Part shown: positions 29,098 to 45,650 of the stretch, in pieces
How positions within the stretch are numbered: the stretch's first letter is position 1
How the letters are laid out: each line of letters opens with the position of its first letter
Assembly: GCA_951406725.2 (NCBI GenBank)
Contig: OX597842.1
Coordinates: 8,928,001 to 8,992,000 of the forward strand
From: Octopus vulgaris
Lineage: Eukaryota
Length of the DNA: 64,000 nucleotides
Direction: 5' to 3'
The notes under the pieces: generated by a model
The model's database searches: none
The model's input: only the letters and a program-made list of their open reading frames with translations
Told to the model about the DNA's origin: nothing
Program-made: the position numbers and the translations under genes

Positions 29098-29246
29098 CAG
29101 ACAGACATACAGATAGATAGATTGATAGACAGACAGACAGATAGCTAGCTAGCTAGCTAGACAGATAGATAGACAGACAGAGAGACAGATAGATAGACAG
29201 ATAGATAGACAGAGAGACAGATAGATAGACAGACAGACAGACAAAC

Positions 29247-29305
<59 letters not shown>

Positions 29306-29382
29306 TAGCTAGCTAGCTAGCTAGCTAGACAGATAGATAGACAGAAAGACAGACAGAGAGACAAATAGATAGATAGACAGAC

Positions 29383-29414
<32 letters not shown>

Positions 29415-29430
29415 GGATGGATAGATAGAT
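28895..29430. repeat. (GATA/GACA)n satellite preceded by a GA-rich purine tract from 28405
   Basis: Direct reading; contains an internal higher-order duplication. Confidence 0.95.
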
Positions 29431-29498
29431 GAAGAGTGAACAATACGAAATGGGGAGTTGAGATGTCCCTATTTCATATCTAGGTCACTTGGTTGAAT

Positions 29499-29566
29499 TG
29501 CGAAATTACCCAGAATGCCGTGCAGCTGACCACGTAGTGAGGCATGATGGGATATTTTCGCAGCTG
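29499..29566. promoter_or_regulatory. Candidate promoter: two inverted Staf/ZNF143-like sites plus CAGCTG E-boxes
   Basis: ttacccagaatgccgtgca (29506-29524, +) and tatcccatcatgcctcac (29537-29554, -) in a CpG-containing unique island. Confidence 0.45.
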
Positions 29567-29958
29567 GTAGTTTCAAAATGTCTTTTTTTCAAACGGAGTA
29601 TATAACTCAAGCGAAAAAATTGAGATAACAGGGATTGTGTTTTTGAGACACTAAATCCCTGGCACCATTTTCTTTTTGCATTAATCAGGATGGTTGGAAA
29701 TATACTAACGAAGTAATAAGTATGATTGTTTTTATTTATTTAGTAATTATTATTGTTATTGTTGTTGTTGTTGTCGATGTGTTCAGAGGCTTGCTGATGA
29801 GTGTGAGCAATATGTTGTCATATTAATGACTGCTCTGTAATCAAATATACACACATACACACACACACACACACACACATATATATGCACATACATATAT
29901 ATACACATATATATACACACACACACACATATATGCACATACATATATATATACACAT

Positions 29959-30027
<69 letters not shown>

Positions 30028-30330
30028 GGAGGCGCAATGGCCCAGTGGTTAGGGCAGCGGACTCGCGGTCATAGGATCACGGTTTCGATTCCTAGACTAG
30101 GCATTGTGGGTGTTTATTGAGCTAAAACACCTAAAGCTCCACGAGGCTCCAGCAGGGGGTAGTGGCAATCCCTGCTGTACTCTTTCACCACAATTTTCTC
30201 TCACTCTTTCCTTCTGTTGGCCTACTCGCTTAGCCAGTGGGGTGGCGTCATTTGAAGGCTAAAACAATGCGAAGTGCATTGTGACCAGCGATGTGTAACA
30301 ACATCTGATAGCCTGGTCGGTCACGGTGAT
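30028..30330 (+). mobile_element. tRNA-derived SINE (another copy truncated at window end, about 63922-64000)
   Basis: tggcccagtggttagggc A box, ggtttcgattcc B box. Confidence 0.75.
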
Positions 30331-30334
30331 CACG

Positions 30335-30378
<44 letters not shown>

Positions 30379-30402
30379 GGTTTGGAGATGATGTACAAGT
30401 AT

Positions 30403-30626
30403 TATATATTAGAAGAAATGAGGTACTCAGAAATTCAGATGGTTTTATATTTAGAGATATTTATTAGTATGTTGCATGCTTTTATAAATCTTATATCATA
30501 TAATTTGAAAACTCCACTAGAGTGGACGAAAGTGCTAATATATGATATATGATTTATAAAAACATGTAATATACAAATAAATATCTCTAAATATAAAGCC
30601 ATCCAGATTTCTGAGTACCTCATTTC

Positions 30627-30637
<11 letters not shown>
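30403..30637. mobile_element. Foldback element with hammerhead relic in its loop
   Basis: About 100-bp inverted arms around ttgaaaa ctccac-taga-gtggac gaaa gtgc ta. Confidence 0.65.
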
Positions 30638-30663
<26 letters not shown>

Positions 30664-30664
30664 A

Positions 30665-30720
<56 letters not shown>

Positions 30721-30973
30721 GCATATATATACATAAGATATGTTTGTGTGTCTGTCTGTGTTTCTTAATGGTTTTTGATGTTGTTTTATGAAGATGCAAA
30801 GCATAAACTGTGAGACCCATATATACATATACACACATCTATTCATACATACATACACATATACACACACAAACATACACACGCACACACACATTTATAA
30901 ATAGATAGAGTCATCCACCTATCCATCGATACATATATACACACACACACACACATATATATATATACATATG

Positions 30974-31031
<58 letters not shown>

Positions 31032-31557
31032 CACATACATACATATATATATATATGCCTTGAAGAACTTTTGCTCAAATTTATCAACACCCAGTATTTA
31101 TTATATTCTTTTTAAGGCTGGCACTTATTCCATCAGTCTCTTTCGGGGCCATAAACAAACCAACGTTAGTTGTCAAGCAGTGGTGGTGAGACAAACAAAG
31201 ACACAAAGATACACACACATACATACATATATATATACACACATACATACATACACATATACATATATATATGTATATATATATATAGAGATATATATGA
31301 TGGGCTGCTTTTAGTTTCTGTCTACCAAATCCACTCCCAAGGGCTTTGGTTAGCCCAAGGCTATAATAGAAGAAATTTGCCCGAGGTGCTATGCAGTGGG
31401 ATAGAACCAGAAACCTTGTGGTTGGGAAGCAAACTTCTTACCATATAACCACAGTTATAAATATATAAATTGTGATAATAATCACACATTACACCTATGT
31501 ACTACAAGTGTAAAAGTGTGCTGAAACAAGGAATCCGTTCATTCAATTTTCTATCAT

Positions 31558-31721
<164 letters not shown>

Positions 31722-31725
31722 TATG

Positions 31726-32166
31726 TCTATATGTATACATATAAAGCTGAAGTTGTCTGTGTGTGTATGGCAGGTTTGGTAGCCTTCAACTAACATTGTC
31801 TCCTCCGAGACCCTGCAGCGCAAGTTGACCAAAATTGAGTGTATGATAGAAGAAGGCTTGCTCTTCATTCCTTAGAAGAAAAAATTCAAATCGGACCATG
31901 TTAACACCAAAAATTATTTACATCAAAAAGGTGCCTTTTTTCTATGAAAATCCCAATTTTTTATGATTTTTTGATTGCTATGTCACCATTTTTCGGTGTA
32001 TTTCAACCAGAAAAATGTTCACTTAAAGAGAATAACAAGCAACATAATGCAAAATTTTTACTCTTCAAAAAAGATTGAAACTATGTCAGAACTTTGTGAC
32101 ATCAAAGTCTGTCGTTTTAAGTGCAACTAAAAAACAAACCCGAGCAACGCCGGGCTATACTGCTAA
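31726..32166 (+). mobile_element. Non-autonomous Helitron
   Basis: 5' TC region, 3' hairpin CCCGAGCAACGCCGGG then CTAA; body shared with 58876-59255. Confidence 0.75.
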
Positions 32167-32565
32167 TATATATATAAAATTAATTAATTTGCGAAAATCT
32201 CGTTAATTCTATTGTTATCCAAAGTATCTATTTTATAAAGGATAAAAACAGAATCAATGACACAGGCGATAGCAGGCCAGAAATAGCATTAAATAGCATC
32301 CCTATATATATTCTACCAAATATATACGTTTCATTATATTTTTTGCAATTTACTTAATCATCGTTATATTATTATTATTTTAATTTTAATATTCCTATTA
32401 TATGTAATTTTCTAGATGGTGTAATTTAATTATTCATTTTGAATTGATAAAAGGTGGTTTCTTCTAGTTTTTTAATATATATGTATTATATTGTGTGAAA
32501 TTTGATTTAGTATTTCTAAATTGAATTTTTCCCTGTAAGTTTGGATTAATATTCCCTCAAATACT

Positions 32566-32614
<49 letters not shown>

Positions 32615-33181
32615 TACACTGAATATTAAGACAGTCAGGAGGTATGAGGTGATTATATTTATTTCACCAGTTGATATCCATAGGGTGACAGCTGTTTCGC
32701 AGCCAACATCATGAAAAAATAGTTTATTTTAGTGTGTAATAAATTATTTTACAAGGTCTGTTTGGTTTGTTGCTGGGTTAACAAAAAGAGCTTTTTTGTG
32801 ATTACCACTGGATTATATAAATCCATATATTGCATATTAACTTCATAAATATTTATATATATAAAATTAAAAATAGGATAAAATCTTTATAAGGAATTTA
32901 TCAAGTAGTTAGCGTGAAAAACCTCATAAGAGAAAAAAACCACCAATTTTTTCACTTAAATGACTTGCTTCAAGAGTTGCATTTGGTATGATGTGTTTAT
33001 TCATTTTGGTAGTTTTGACTTTAAGAGTCCCTCCTAGCATGTGGCATTTATGTATAGTAATGCCCTCAATATAATTTAAATATATATGTATGTATAATTA
33101 TCAATATTAGGGAAGTTATTTCTGAGTCCATAGGGGAGAGAAATTAAATTTAGTTGTACTAAAACGAATTATTCCCTGTAT

Positions 33182-33219
<38 letters not shown>

Positions 33220-33639
33220 TAGATAGATAGATAGGTTTAAGAGACAGAACCACCTTCAAGCAGCTCAATTCACATTGAACAACATTATCTATGATAGAGA
33301 TATATAAGATTAAATTTTATCAAATTATTATCTACAATTCTTATTCTGAATCTTATATTTAATTACATAGACTACGCGCGTTTCATGACAATATATCTAT
33401 TGGTATTGCTGAAATAGAAGGTCTCGAAATTCAATACCATATCAATCCCGACTATACTGCCAATCTTCAAAATGTGTGTGTATATAAATAATATATATGT
33501 ATATATAATAAAGCTTGCGGAGCTTTTAGGTGTTTTTGCTCAATAAACACTCACAACGCCCGGTCTGGGAATCGAAATCGCGATCCTACAACCACGAGTC
33601 CGCTGCCCTAACCACTGGGCCATTGCGCCTCCACTATAT

Positions 33640-33720
<81 letters not shown>

Positions 33721-34023
33721 ATATATATATGTGTGTAAATACACTATATATATATATATATATGTATATACACTATATATATATATGTATATACACTCAC
33801 TTTTAATTTGGCTTTTTGTTGTTGGCTACAGCCTGTTATTCCCAGGAAATGTCCTTACAAATGAACATGTGGAATGCAAAAATGTATGTCACTATGCATT
33901 AATATGATCTAAACATTTCTATCCACAAGTTATTTTCGTTATTACCACACACACAGACACAAACACACATATATATATACAAATTCATACATACATACAT
34001 ACATACATACATACATACATACA

Positions 34024-34059
<36 letters not shown>

Positions 34060-34190
34060 TATATGAAGATTTCTCTTGAATGAAACAGTACTAGTCCTGT
34101 AGAAGCTCCTTCTATATAATAAATTAATTTTACTCTGCTATGTATTGAGTACCTTACTTACTGTGGTTAACCCCGAATCAACCCGGGACC

Positions 34191-34242
<52 letters not shown>

Positions 34243-34246
<4 letters not shown>

Positions 34247-34718
34247 GCATCCTTTTTGTCTCGGGAGACAATGGAGTTGCACATAAAGTAGTCTAGTCCG
34301 GCTTTTACATTTCATGTCCTAATACATTTCCTGCTGTGGCTGTGTAGTCCTATCCTGGACAAACACTCCCTCTGGTAGGTGCCGCAAATGTAGCGAAGAC
34401 TTTGCCTGGCTGGTTGTATTGTCATACTTTCTTGTTGACGTCTTTTCTTGTCTTTCCATTTCTCCTCTCTCTCTCTGTCACTCCTTTGTATTCCCTCTTT
34501 TATGGTACGTTGCCAGTCTCCACGGTTGCTGGCAACTGCTTCCCAGTTGCTAATATTGATGTTGCAGGCCTTCACGACCCTTTTGCAAACATCCTTGTAT
34601 TGTAAGAACGGTCTTCCCACAGATTTAGTGCCCCTAGCAAGCTTTCCGTAGAGTATGTCTTTGGGGATTCTGCCATCTTCCATACGGCTAACATGTCCAA
34701 GCCATCTCATACGTCTCA
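34243..34718 (-). mobile_element. RTE-clade LINE 3' fragment
   Basis: RRMRWLGHVSRMEDGRIPKDILYG..GRP..YKDVCKR..C..C.SRIGLHSH. Confidence 0.88.
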
Positions 34719-34849
34719 TAAATACACACACACACACACACACACAGACACATGCACACACACATACACACACACACACATCACATCACATGCATGAAAA
34801 AGAGGGTGAAAGAGAGGAAGAAATGCAATAGAATGTAAGAAGTAGCATT

Positions 34850-35500
34850 CTTCTGCAAAGAATGCAATTACTCTGTAAAATGGAATTTCACTTCCAGGAA
34901 TTTGGGTATCGAATTTGGAAATGGAATTATGCGTCAAGAATTATAATTATCAAGAGAGAAATGGAAGTATTTCAACAGGAACCTCTATTGAAATGAAAAT
35001 GGAATTACAGTCCAAAAATGTAATTTTCAAGTAAAAAATAGAATTATGCTCTGTGGAATTTGGTTATAAGAAGGAAATGGAATTATTGTTCAAGAATGTA
35101 ATTTTCATGTGAAAATGGAATTTGTGCTCTGAGGAATGTAAAATGTAATTATCAAAAAGAAATGTAATTACAGCTAAAATATGTAATTTTCATGGAAAAA
35201 ATGAATTATCATTCTAAGTATCAAAAGAAAAATGTAATTATCAAAAATAAATGGAATTATAGTTTGAAAATGCAATTATCATTTGAGAATGGATTTAGAA
35301 GGCAAGGAATGCAATTACCTGTTTTAAAAATTGGAATTATGCTACAATGAATGTATTTATCACAACACAAATGGAATTATAATGCAAAGAATCTGATTTT
35401 GATCTAAAAAAATGGAATTATTGTTCAAGGAATTCAATTACTCTTTAAAAAAGGTAATTATCATTTCAGTTTTTGAAATTATCGTTTAAAATACCATTTT
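34850..35500. repeat. Degenerate minisatellite built on aatggaatta / aatgtaatt
   Basis: Motif recurs about every 19-20 bp. Confidence 0.75.
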
Positions 35501-35638
35501 CAATGATATATGCTATTACTATGTTGGACATATATGTATATATATATGTACATGTGCATGTGTGTCTGTGCTTAGCAGTCCAGCAAAAAAGACAGATAGA
35601 ATATTTACTAAGCTTACAAAGAATAAATCCTGAGGTCG

Positions 35639-35674
<36 letters not shown>

Positions 35675-35885
35675 GAGCTGAAAATGAGGTAATTTCTACT
35701 CTTCTCCTCTGGAAGCCATCTACTCGCAATAGCAGAGGGCACACACTCTCCATCCCTGATGTAATCTCCAGGGATACAGGCATCCAGCAACAGGACCTCC
35801 GTAATGCCATGATGGACCGTGGAGTCTGGCGTAGCATGGTAAATTCCATTGTCTCGACCACGGTCGAACAATGATGATGATGATG
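35675..35885 (+). mobile_element. RTE-X-like LINE 3' end; longer minus-strand copy at 55975-56365
   Basis: RAENEVISTLLLWKP..PDVISRDTG..AMMDRGVWR. Confidence 0.75.
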
Positions 35886-36323
35886 TTGGACATTGTGGTG
35901 AGTTGGCAGAATTTTTAGCACATTGGACAAAATGCTCAGCAACATTTCGCCCATCTTTGAATGTTCTGGGTTCAAATAGCACTGAGGTCGGCTTTGCCTT
36001 TTTATCCTTTCAGAGCTGATGAATTAAGTACCAGTAAAACAATGGGGTCGATGTAATTGACTTACCTACTTCCCCTAAAATTTCAGGCTTTTTGTCTTTA
36101 GTAGAAAGGATTAGAATAATCGTTAGCGTACTGGACAAAAATGCTGAATGGTATTTCGCCTGTTGCTACGTTCTGAGTTCAAATTCAACTGAGGTCGACT
36201 TAGCCTTTCATTCTTTGTGGGTTAATAAATTAAGAATGAGTAATCAACTTATTCCCTCCCCCAAAATGGCTGCCCTTGTGGAAAAATTTGAAACCGTTAT
36301 TATTATTATTATTAGTAGTAGTA

Positions 36324-36376
<53 letters not shown>

Positions 36377-36386
36377 TTTATTTTTA

Positions 36387-36432
<46 letters not shown>

Positions 36433-36714
36433 CATTATTATTATTATTATCATTATTAATAATAATAAGGTGGTGTGCTGGCAGACTCGTTAGCATGTCA
36501 GGTTAAATGGTTAGCGGTATTTCCCCCGTTGCTACATTCTGAGTTCAAATTCCACCAAGGTTGACTTTGCCTTTCATCCTTTTGGAGGTCAATTAAATAA
36601 GTACCAGTTACACACTGGGGTCGATGTAATTGACTAGTCCCCTACCCTGGAGACACAAGGCCTCCAGTAGAAAGGATTATTATCAATATTATTATTATCA
36701 TCATAGCCTTTGCA

Positions 36715-36964
36715 CAGCATCTAATGCTGGAGATGCACCACAGTGTCAGCTGTTCCCTGCCAGCGAACTAAGGTAACACCCCTTATTTTTCGAGCACCTT
36801 CCGGAGTATTCAAGCGGTTCCAAGCAGTGCTTTTTTTCTGCAAGTGCTCCACCCTTATTGCAGCCCCCATTTGTTCCATGTACTTCTCGAGATTTTTGCT
36901 CACTGTTACCAGGGCTCCGACAATTATTGGTACTACTGCTACCTTTTTCATCGACCACAACTGC

Positions 36965-37023
<59 letters not shown>

Positions 37024-37558
37024 TTATGTTTGACTTTTGCTTTACATTTGTACAAGTTGGCTCCAAGTCTCACCCAAAAACCTCAAGAGACAACAGGCTG
37101 GAAGTTCACGTTGTTGTTATGCCTAGGGTGCCATATATTTGGTTTTGTACTTAGTGTTGTACTAGTGAATGTTTAAGAAACCATAAGAAAATTATGTTTG
37201 TTTTAAACCTTGAGATTACATAGAAAGTATTTTGCGTAGGATATGGGCAGTTCCCATGAGCCCTATCTTTTGAATTTCTGCCATTTTGGGGTTTCCTGGT
37301 ATCTGAGCTAGGTAGCAATCAGCCCCTTTTGTTATCATTCCCAGGGCACCTATGACAACAGGTATTGTTTTAGTCTTCAGGTTCCACATTTTGCTAATTT
37401 CTATTTCAAGATCTTTATACTTGCTCAGTTTTTTGGTAGATCTTGACAGATACGTTTATATCGATTGGGACAGTCATATCAATGAGGAGGCATGTTCTTT
37501 GTCTGAAGTCTTTCAATATGATGTCTGGCCTATTTGCATCTATCTTTCTGTTAGCTCT
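36715..37558 (-). mobile_element. Two RLE-clade (R4/Dong-like) non-LTR 3' fragments flanking (ATT)n
   Basis: NRPDIILKD..LIDMTVP..KLSKYKDLEIEISKMW..IPVVIGALG and W..KKVAVVPIIVGAL..HLQK. Confidence 0.8.
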
Positions 37559-37625
37559 AACCACTAAGCCATATATACATAAATATATATAAACACATAT
37601 ATATATGTGCGTGTGTATGTGTGTG

Positions 37626-37662
<37 letters not shown>

Positions 37663-38540
37663 TTGTGTGTCTGTGTTTGTTCCCCCAACATCACTTGACA
37701 ACCAATGCTGGTGTGTTTACGTCCCCATAACTTCACGGTTCAGCAAAAGAAACCGATAGAATAAGTACTAGGCCTACAAAGAATAAGTCCCGGGATCGAT
37801 TTGCTCGACTAAAGGTGGTGCTCCAGCATGGCCGCAGTCAAATGACTGAAACAAGTAAAAGAGTAAAAGAGTATGTACAATGTAGTATCAAAAGGTTTAC
37901 ACTTAATAAAAAAATAACTTATTTTATTCTTTTAATTGTTTCAGTCATTTAACTGTGGCCATGCTGCAGCACCACCTTTAGTCGAACAAATCAACCCCAG
38001 GACTTATTATTTGTAAGCTTGGTACTTATTCTATTGGTCTTCTTTTGCCGAACTGCTAAGTTACAGGGACTTAAACACACCAAGCACACACATACACTTA
38101 CACACACACACACACACACACACATGTATATATATATATCTTTTAGTCTTTACTCTTTTAATTGTTTCACTCATTTGACTGCGGTCATGCAGGAGCACTA
38201 CCAGTACTTATTCTATCAGTCTCTTTTATCGAACGGCTAAGTTACGGGGACGTAAACACACCAGCATCAGTTGTCAAGCAATGTTGGGGGAACACACATA
38301 CATATACATAAAAGGCGGCGAGCTGGCAGAAACGTTAGCACGCCGGGCGAAATGCATAGCCGTATTTCGTCTGCTGGTACGTTCAGAGTTCAAATCACGC
38401 CGAGGTCGACTTTGCCTTTCATCCTTTCGGGGTCGATAAATTAAGTACCAGTTAAGCACTGGGGTCGATGTAATCGACTTAATACCTATGTCTGTCCTTG
38501 TTTGTCCCCTTTATGTTTAGCCCCTTGTGGGTAATAAAGA

Positions 38541-38630
<90 letters not shown>

Positions 38631-39845
38631 TATGACGGGCTTCTTTCAGTTTCTGTGTACCAAATCCATTCACAAGGCTTTGGTCAGTCCGAGGCTATAG
38701 TAGAAGACACTTGCTTAAGGTGCCATGCAGTGAGACTGAACCCGGAACCATGTAGTTGGGAAGTAAGCTACTTACCACACAGCAACTCCTGTGCCTATAC
38801 ATACATACATATATATATACATATATACGACGAGCTTCTTTCAGTTTCCATCTTCCAAATCCACTCACAAGACTTTGGTCAGCCCTAGGCTATAGTAGAA
38901 GACACTTGTCCAAGGTACCACGCAATGGGACTGAACCCAGAACCATGAGGTTGGTAAGCAAGCTACTTACCACACAGCCACTCCTACACCTATATATATA
39001 TATATATGCATGTTTGTTTTTGTTTTTATTTGTGTGCATGTGTGTGTGTGGCTAGCATGTGTGTGTATACATGCCTATGTGTATGTGCAAATGAGCAAAA
39101 TATTAACACCTTGTTTACATTCCTTGTTGGTATTATTGTTGGTAACCATTTACTTTTGAAGATCACTCGAATAAAAACAAAAATCCCTCACCCTTTAATA
39201 AATAGATGTTGTTGACAGGAAGAGCATCCAGTTGTCTAATCCTCCCCCAGATATGTCCACATTTAAACCTATGCTAACTTGGGGGAAAAGGGATATTATG
39301 CGAATGAAATGAATGAGATTGAATAAAAGAAATGAAGGAAAAACGAATGAGTATCATCAGTTGAAGTGTTTTTATTTCTTTGTCTCTCATTTTCATGCTT
39401 TCTCTCTCTTTCCTTTTCTATTTCTTCCTTCCTTCCTTCTTTTGTTTCTCTCTGTCTTGCTTCCTTCTTTCCTTCCTTCCTGTCATTCTTTCTTTCTGCC
39501 TTCCTTCCTTCCTTCCTTCTTTCTTTTCCCTCTTCCTCTCTCTTTCACCCCTGTTCTTGCTTTCACTCTCTTTCTCTATCTCTTTGTCTTTCTCTCTTTC
39601 AGCTTCTCTGTTTCTCTCTTTCTCTCCTTCCCTCATCCTCTCTCTCTCATGCTTGTTCTCGTTTTCCCTCTCTTTCTATCTTTTTCTCTTGTTCTCTTTC
39701 AATCTCTCTCTCTCTCTCTCTCTCCCTTGTAATAAGACAACTCAAAATGTCACATTCTTTTTTCTCCCTGGGGCATATGAAATTATTCAAACTCCAAAAT
39801 ATTTGTATAATGTGGACCACTGAAAGAGGCCTGAAGTGTCTGTAT

Positions 39846-40172
<327 letters not shown>

Positions 40173-40185
40173 TGTATACATACAT

Positions 40186-40263
<78 letters not shown>

Positions 40264-41399
40264 GGAATTTACAAAAAAACGAAAGACAAAGACGGGTGTG
40301 TAAACAACAAACAGATGTATTAGTTTAATGCTCAGAAAGGTGAGAAAGTCTTTTATGTTTCGAGCCTATGCTCTTCAACAGAAAGGAACACGAGGAAATA
40401 AACAGAGAGAGAATAATTTTATATTAACCACTACACCACATGTCTGTGGAAGATACATATATTACAATTAACAATGAAGGGGATATTATAATATATTGTA
40501 ATATGTTAAGGTAAATTGAGATTAAAATTTAAAATTAAAGTTTGAAGTAAATTTTAAAAATTAAAAAATGTTTAAATGTATTAATAAGCATAGTAATAAT
40601 ATGGGTTTAAAATAGGTATTATATGTATAACTTTGATATGGAAAAAGTATTAATGGTGGGTTACCAAATAATCTGCAGAATGCTTGTAAGTAATTTTAAT
40701 GTTGGTATATATTGGGTTGTCCAGGAAGTTCATGCTGATTTATAATAGCAGGGGCGAAGAGAGAGAGAATGGTGGTCAAGCCTAGCTGCTGCTGATGACT
40801 GCACATGTGCATAAGGGGCTTCTGGGAGGCCTTTCAGAAGGCTCTAATCCCTGCACATGCGTGGATGAAAATTCCAAAATGGCATCTGGAACCAGGCGTC
40901 ACTACAAGTTTATTATAAACACAAACACTTTGTAATTTAATAGCTTTCAATGTGATACCTGTTAAACAGAAATTATTTTCATTTAATGAAAATTTAATAA
41001 AATCTAATCATAAATACAACTAAATTTAGAACCTTTTCCCCTGGCCATATCGGCAATTCTGAAAACTTTTGGGTGCGAATTTTACACAAGTAGAAGCTTT
41101 TCTTAACAATTTTTATCCTGAAAATCACCTGCATAAATTACACAGGTGCACAAATTACATGAGTTTTTATGGTAAATATATTTGGAAAAAATATATTTGT
41201 GTACATGTAAGTATGGGGTAATTTCCTCATTTCTATCATTTAAAAGTTTATGCTTCATCCAGACAAAGTGAACAGATAGGCGCAGGAGTGGCTGTGTGGT
41301 AAGTAGCTTGCTAACCAACCACACAGCTCGACTAAAGGCGGTGCTCCAGCATGGCCGCAGTCAAATGACTGAAACAAGTAAAAGAGTAAAAGAGTAAAG

Positions 41400-42950
<1,551 letters not shown>

Positions 42951-43348
42951 GTGAAGGTGTATGGCTCAGTGGTTAGAGCGTTGAGCTTATGATCGTGAGG
43001 TTGTGAGTTCGAATCCCGGATCAGGCTGCGTGTTGTGCTCTTGAGCAAGACACTTTATTTTACGTTGCTCCAGTTCACTCAGCTGTAGAAATGAGTTGTG
43101 ACGTCACTGGTGCCAAGCTGTATCGGCCCCTTTGCCTTTCCCCTGGATAACATCGGTGGCGTGGAAAGGAGAGGCCGATATGCATGGGTGACTGCTGGTT
43201 TTCCATAAACAACCTTACCTGGACTTGTGCCTGGGAGGGTAACTTTCTAGGTGCAATCCCATGGTCAGTCATGACTGAAGGGGGTCTCAGCAGTGTATAT
43301 ATATCTGAACCTGATGAATGCTTAAATACAAGAAAGTATACTTGTCCA

Positions 43349-43676
43349 GTGAGGGCGCATGGCTTAGTGGTTAGGGCATTCGGCTCATGATCGTAAGGTT
43401 GTGAGTTCGATTCCCGGCGACGCGTTGTGTCCTTGAGCAAGACACTTTATTTCACGTTGCTCCAGTCCACTCAGCTGGCAAAAATGAGTTGTACTTGTAT
43501 TTCAAAGGGTCAGCCTTGTCACTCTCTGTGTCACGCTGATTATCCCCGAGAACTACGTTAAGGGTACACGTGTCTGTGGAATGCTCAGCCATTTGCACGT
43601 TAATTTCACGAGCAAGCTGTTCCGTTGATCGTATCAGCTGGGACCCTCGTCGTTGTAACCGGCGGAGTCTTTAAAA
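43349..43676 (+). mobile_element. tRNA-derived SINE with target-site duplication
   Basis: A/B boxes; atacttgtcca repeated on both sides. Confidence 0.8.
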
Positions 43677-43892
43677 ATACTTGTCCAATGAGAATAGGCA
43701 TTTAATATTTAATTTTCAAAATTTCATTTGTTCAATAAGACAATCAATACTTCATGTGCCTGCACACCCTTACCCAGGTATAATACAGGTAACGGATACA
43801 GATAGTATATACCAATATTTTTATCTCTTAATCAGTTACTATAACTGCTAATCTTGTTTACACTACACACACACACACACATACACATATAT

Positions 43893-43967
<75 letters not shown>

Positions 43968-44180
43968 GCAATAAGAAAATGGAGGGGATCAATAGGTGAT
44001 TCATCAACTTTTAGACATTATTTTATGTTAACTTATTTATTTATTTACTAAAAGAACAATTACAAGAATATACATACATGTATAACATATAAGATATAAA
44101 ATATAGTAATATATAAGGATACCAGTAATTATTAAAATAACAAACATATATATATATATATAAATGTGTGTGTATATATA

Positions 44181-44245
<65 letters not shown>

Positions 44246-44349
44246 CGTCCAACTCATGCTAGCATGGAAAGCGGACGCCAAATGATGATGATGATGATGA
44301 TGATATATATATCTGTAAACAAAATATGTGACAATTATTCGGTAGCCAT

Positions 44350-44410
44350 GATAAAACTCCGAGTTTCGGATATCGGGGCGGAAAACCACGCCACCATCTC
44401 TTCAGTTATC
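44350..44410 (-). ncRNA. Hammerhead motif (second copy at 63311-63370)
   Basis: Minus strand gataa CTGAAGA gatggtggcg..cgccccgatatcc GAAA ctcggag TT ttatc. Confidence 0.65.
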
Positions 44411-44422
44411 AGGCCATTGAAC

Positions 44423-44454
<32 letters not shown>

Positions 44455-44469
44455 ATTTAAACAGGAGGC

Positions 44470-44523
<54 letters not shown>

Positions 44524-45171
44524 GTGTGTGTGTGTGTGTACCCTTATCTTGACATTATGTGATCTTAGATAGGCATCATCATCATACAAACGACCTTATT
44601 TATTTTGAGTCTTTCACGAAAGACATGTCTGTCCATGGGGAAATATTACCTTGCGTGGAAACAGGGAAGGGTTGGTGACAGGAAGGGCATCCGATCGCAG
44701 AAAATCTGCTTCAGCAATTTCCGTCTGACCCATGCAAGCATAGAAAAGTAGACGTTAAACAGTGGTATGATGATGATGGTGGTGGTGGTGGTGGTGATGA
44801 CGATGATTGTGATGACAAATGCGGAGTAGACGAAACAGGGACAACTGAAGAAGGGGAATATTCCTTGTGTTGTATGTCTTGTACTCCTTTTTGTCGTTGC
44901 TTGAAAAAAAATTTCGTTTCCATGTTTTCATTTTTATGTTTTCGTTTCTCATTGTGTACAACGCTTTTTTTTGATGTCCTGTACCCATATATGCATGTAT
45001 ATATACATATAGATGTAGGTATGTACATATATGTATGTATATATGCATATATTTTTATATTATTTATATCATTAATTTAAAAAGCTTTATTTCCGTTTTG
45101 TCTTTCCTTGCAGTTCATTGGTCAGTTGAACAGCCAATCAAATGTCAAGCCAACAATATATTTATGTATTA

Positions 45172-45571
45172 CTAGCAGTATCGCCCGGCGTTGCTCGGGT
45201 TTGTAAGGGAAATAACTATATAAGCATTTTTAGAGAGTTATAGCCCAAAAATAGTTAAAAAATGCATTAAAAATGGAAAAAAAAATGATGGTAAATTTTT
45301 TAAAAATCCTTGACTCATCGTAGACATTTTTAGAGAGTTACTTCCCTTATATAATAGCGAAAAATGCTTTAAAATTGAAAAAAATGATGGTAATTTTTTT
45401 TTTAAATCGTAGACTCATCGTAGACGCGCGCTAATACCCAGAAGGGCTCGATATGAATCACGGCTATAAGATACCCGCTTTTGGTTAAACTGCACCGCAA
45501 AATGTGGGAGTAGTTAGGAATCTAAATCGTAGGAGACAGAGAGCACACAACCTCACTTTTATATATAAAGA
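45172..45571 (-). mobile_element. Non-autonomous Helitron, complete ends
   Basis: Minus strand 5' TC ... CCCGAGCAACGCCGGG hairpin ... CTAG 3', inserted between A and T without TSD. Confidence 0.85.
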
Positions 45572-45650
45572 TTTATATTATTAATTTAAAAAGCTTTATT
45601 TTCGTTTTTTCTTTCCTTGCAGCTCATTGGTCAGTTGAACAACCAATCAA

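Noticed and set aside
30028-30100. tRNA-like A/B boxes here and at other SINE heads
   Set aside because: They continue into shared SINE bodies; no complete cloverleaf seen, so not tRNA genes
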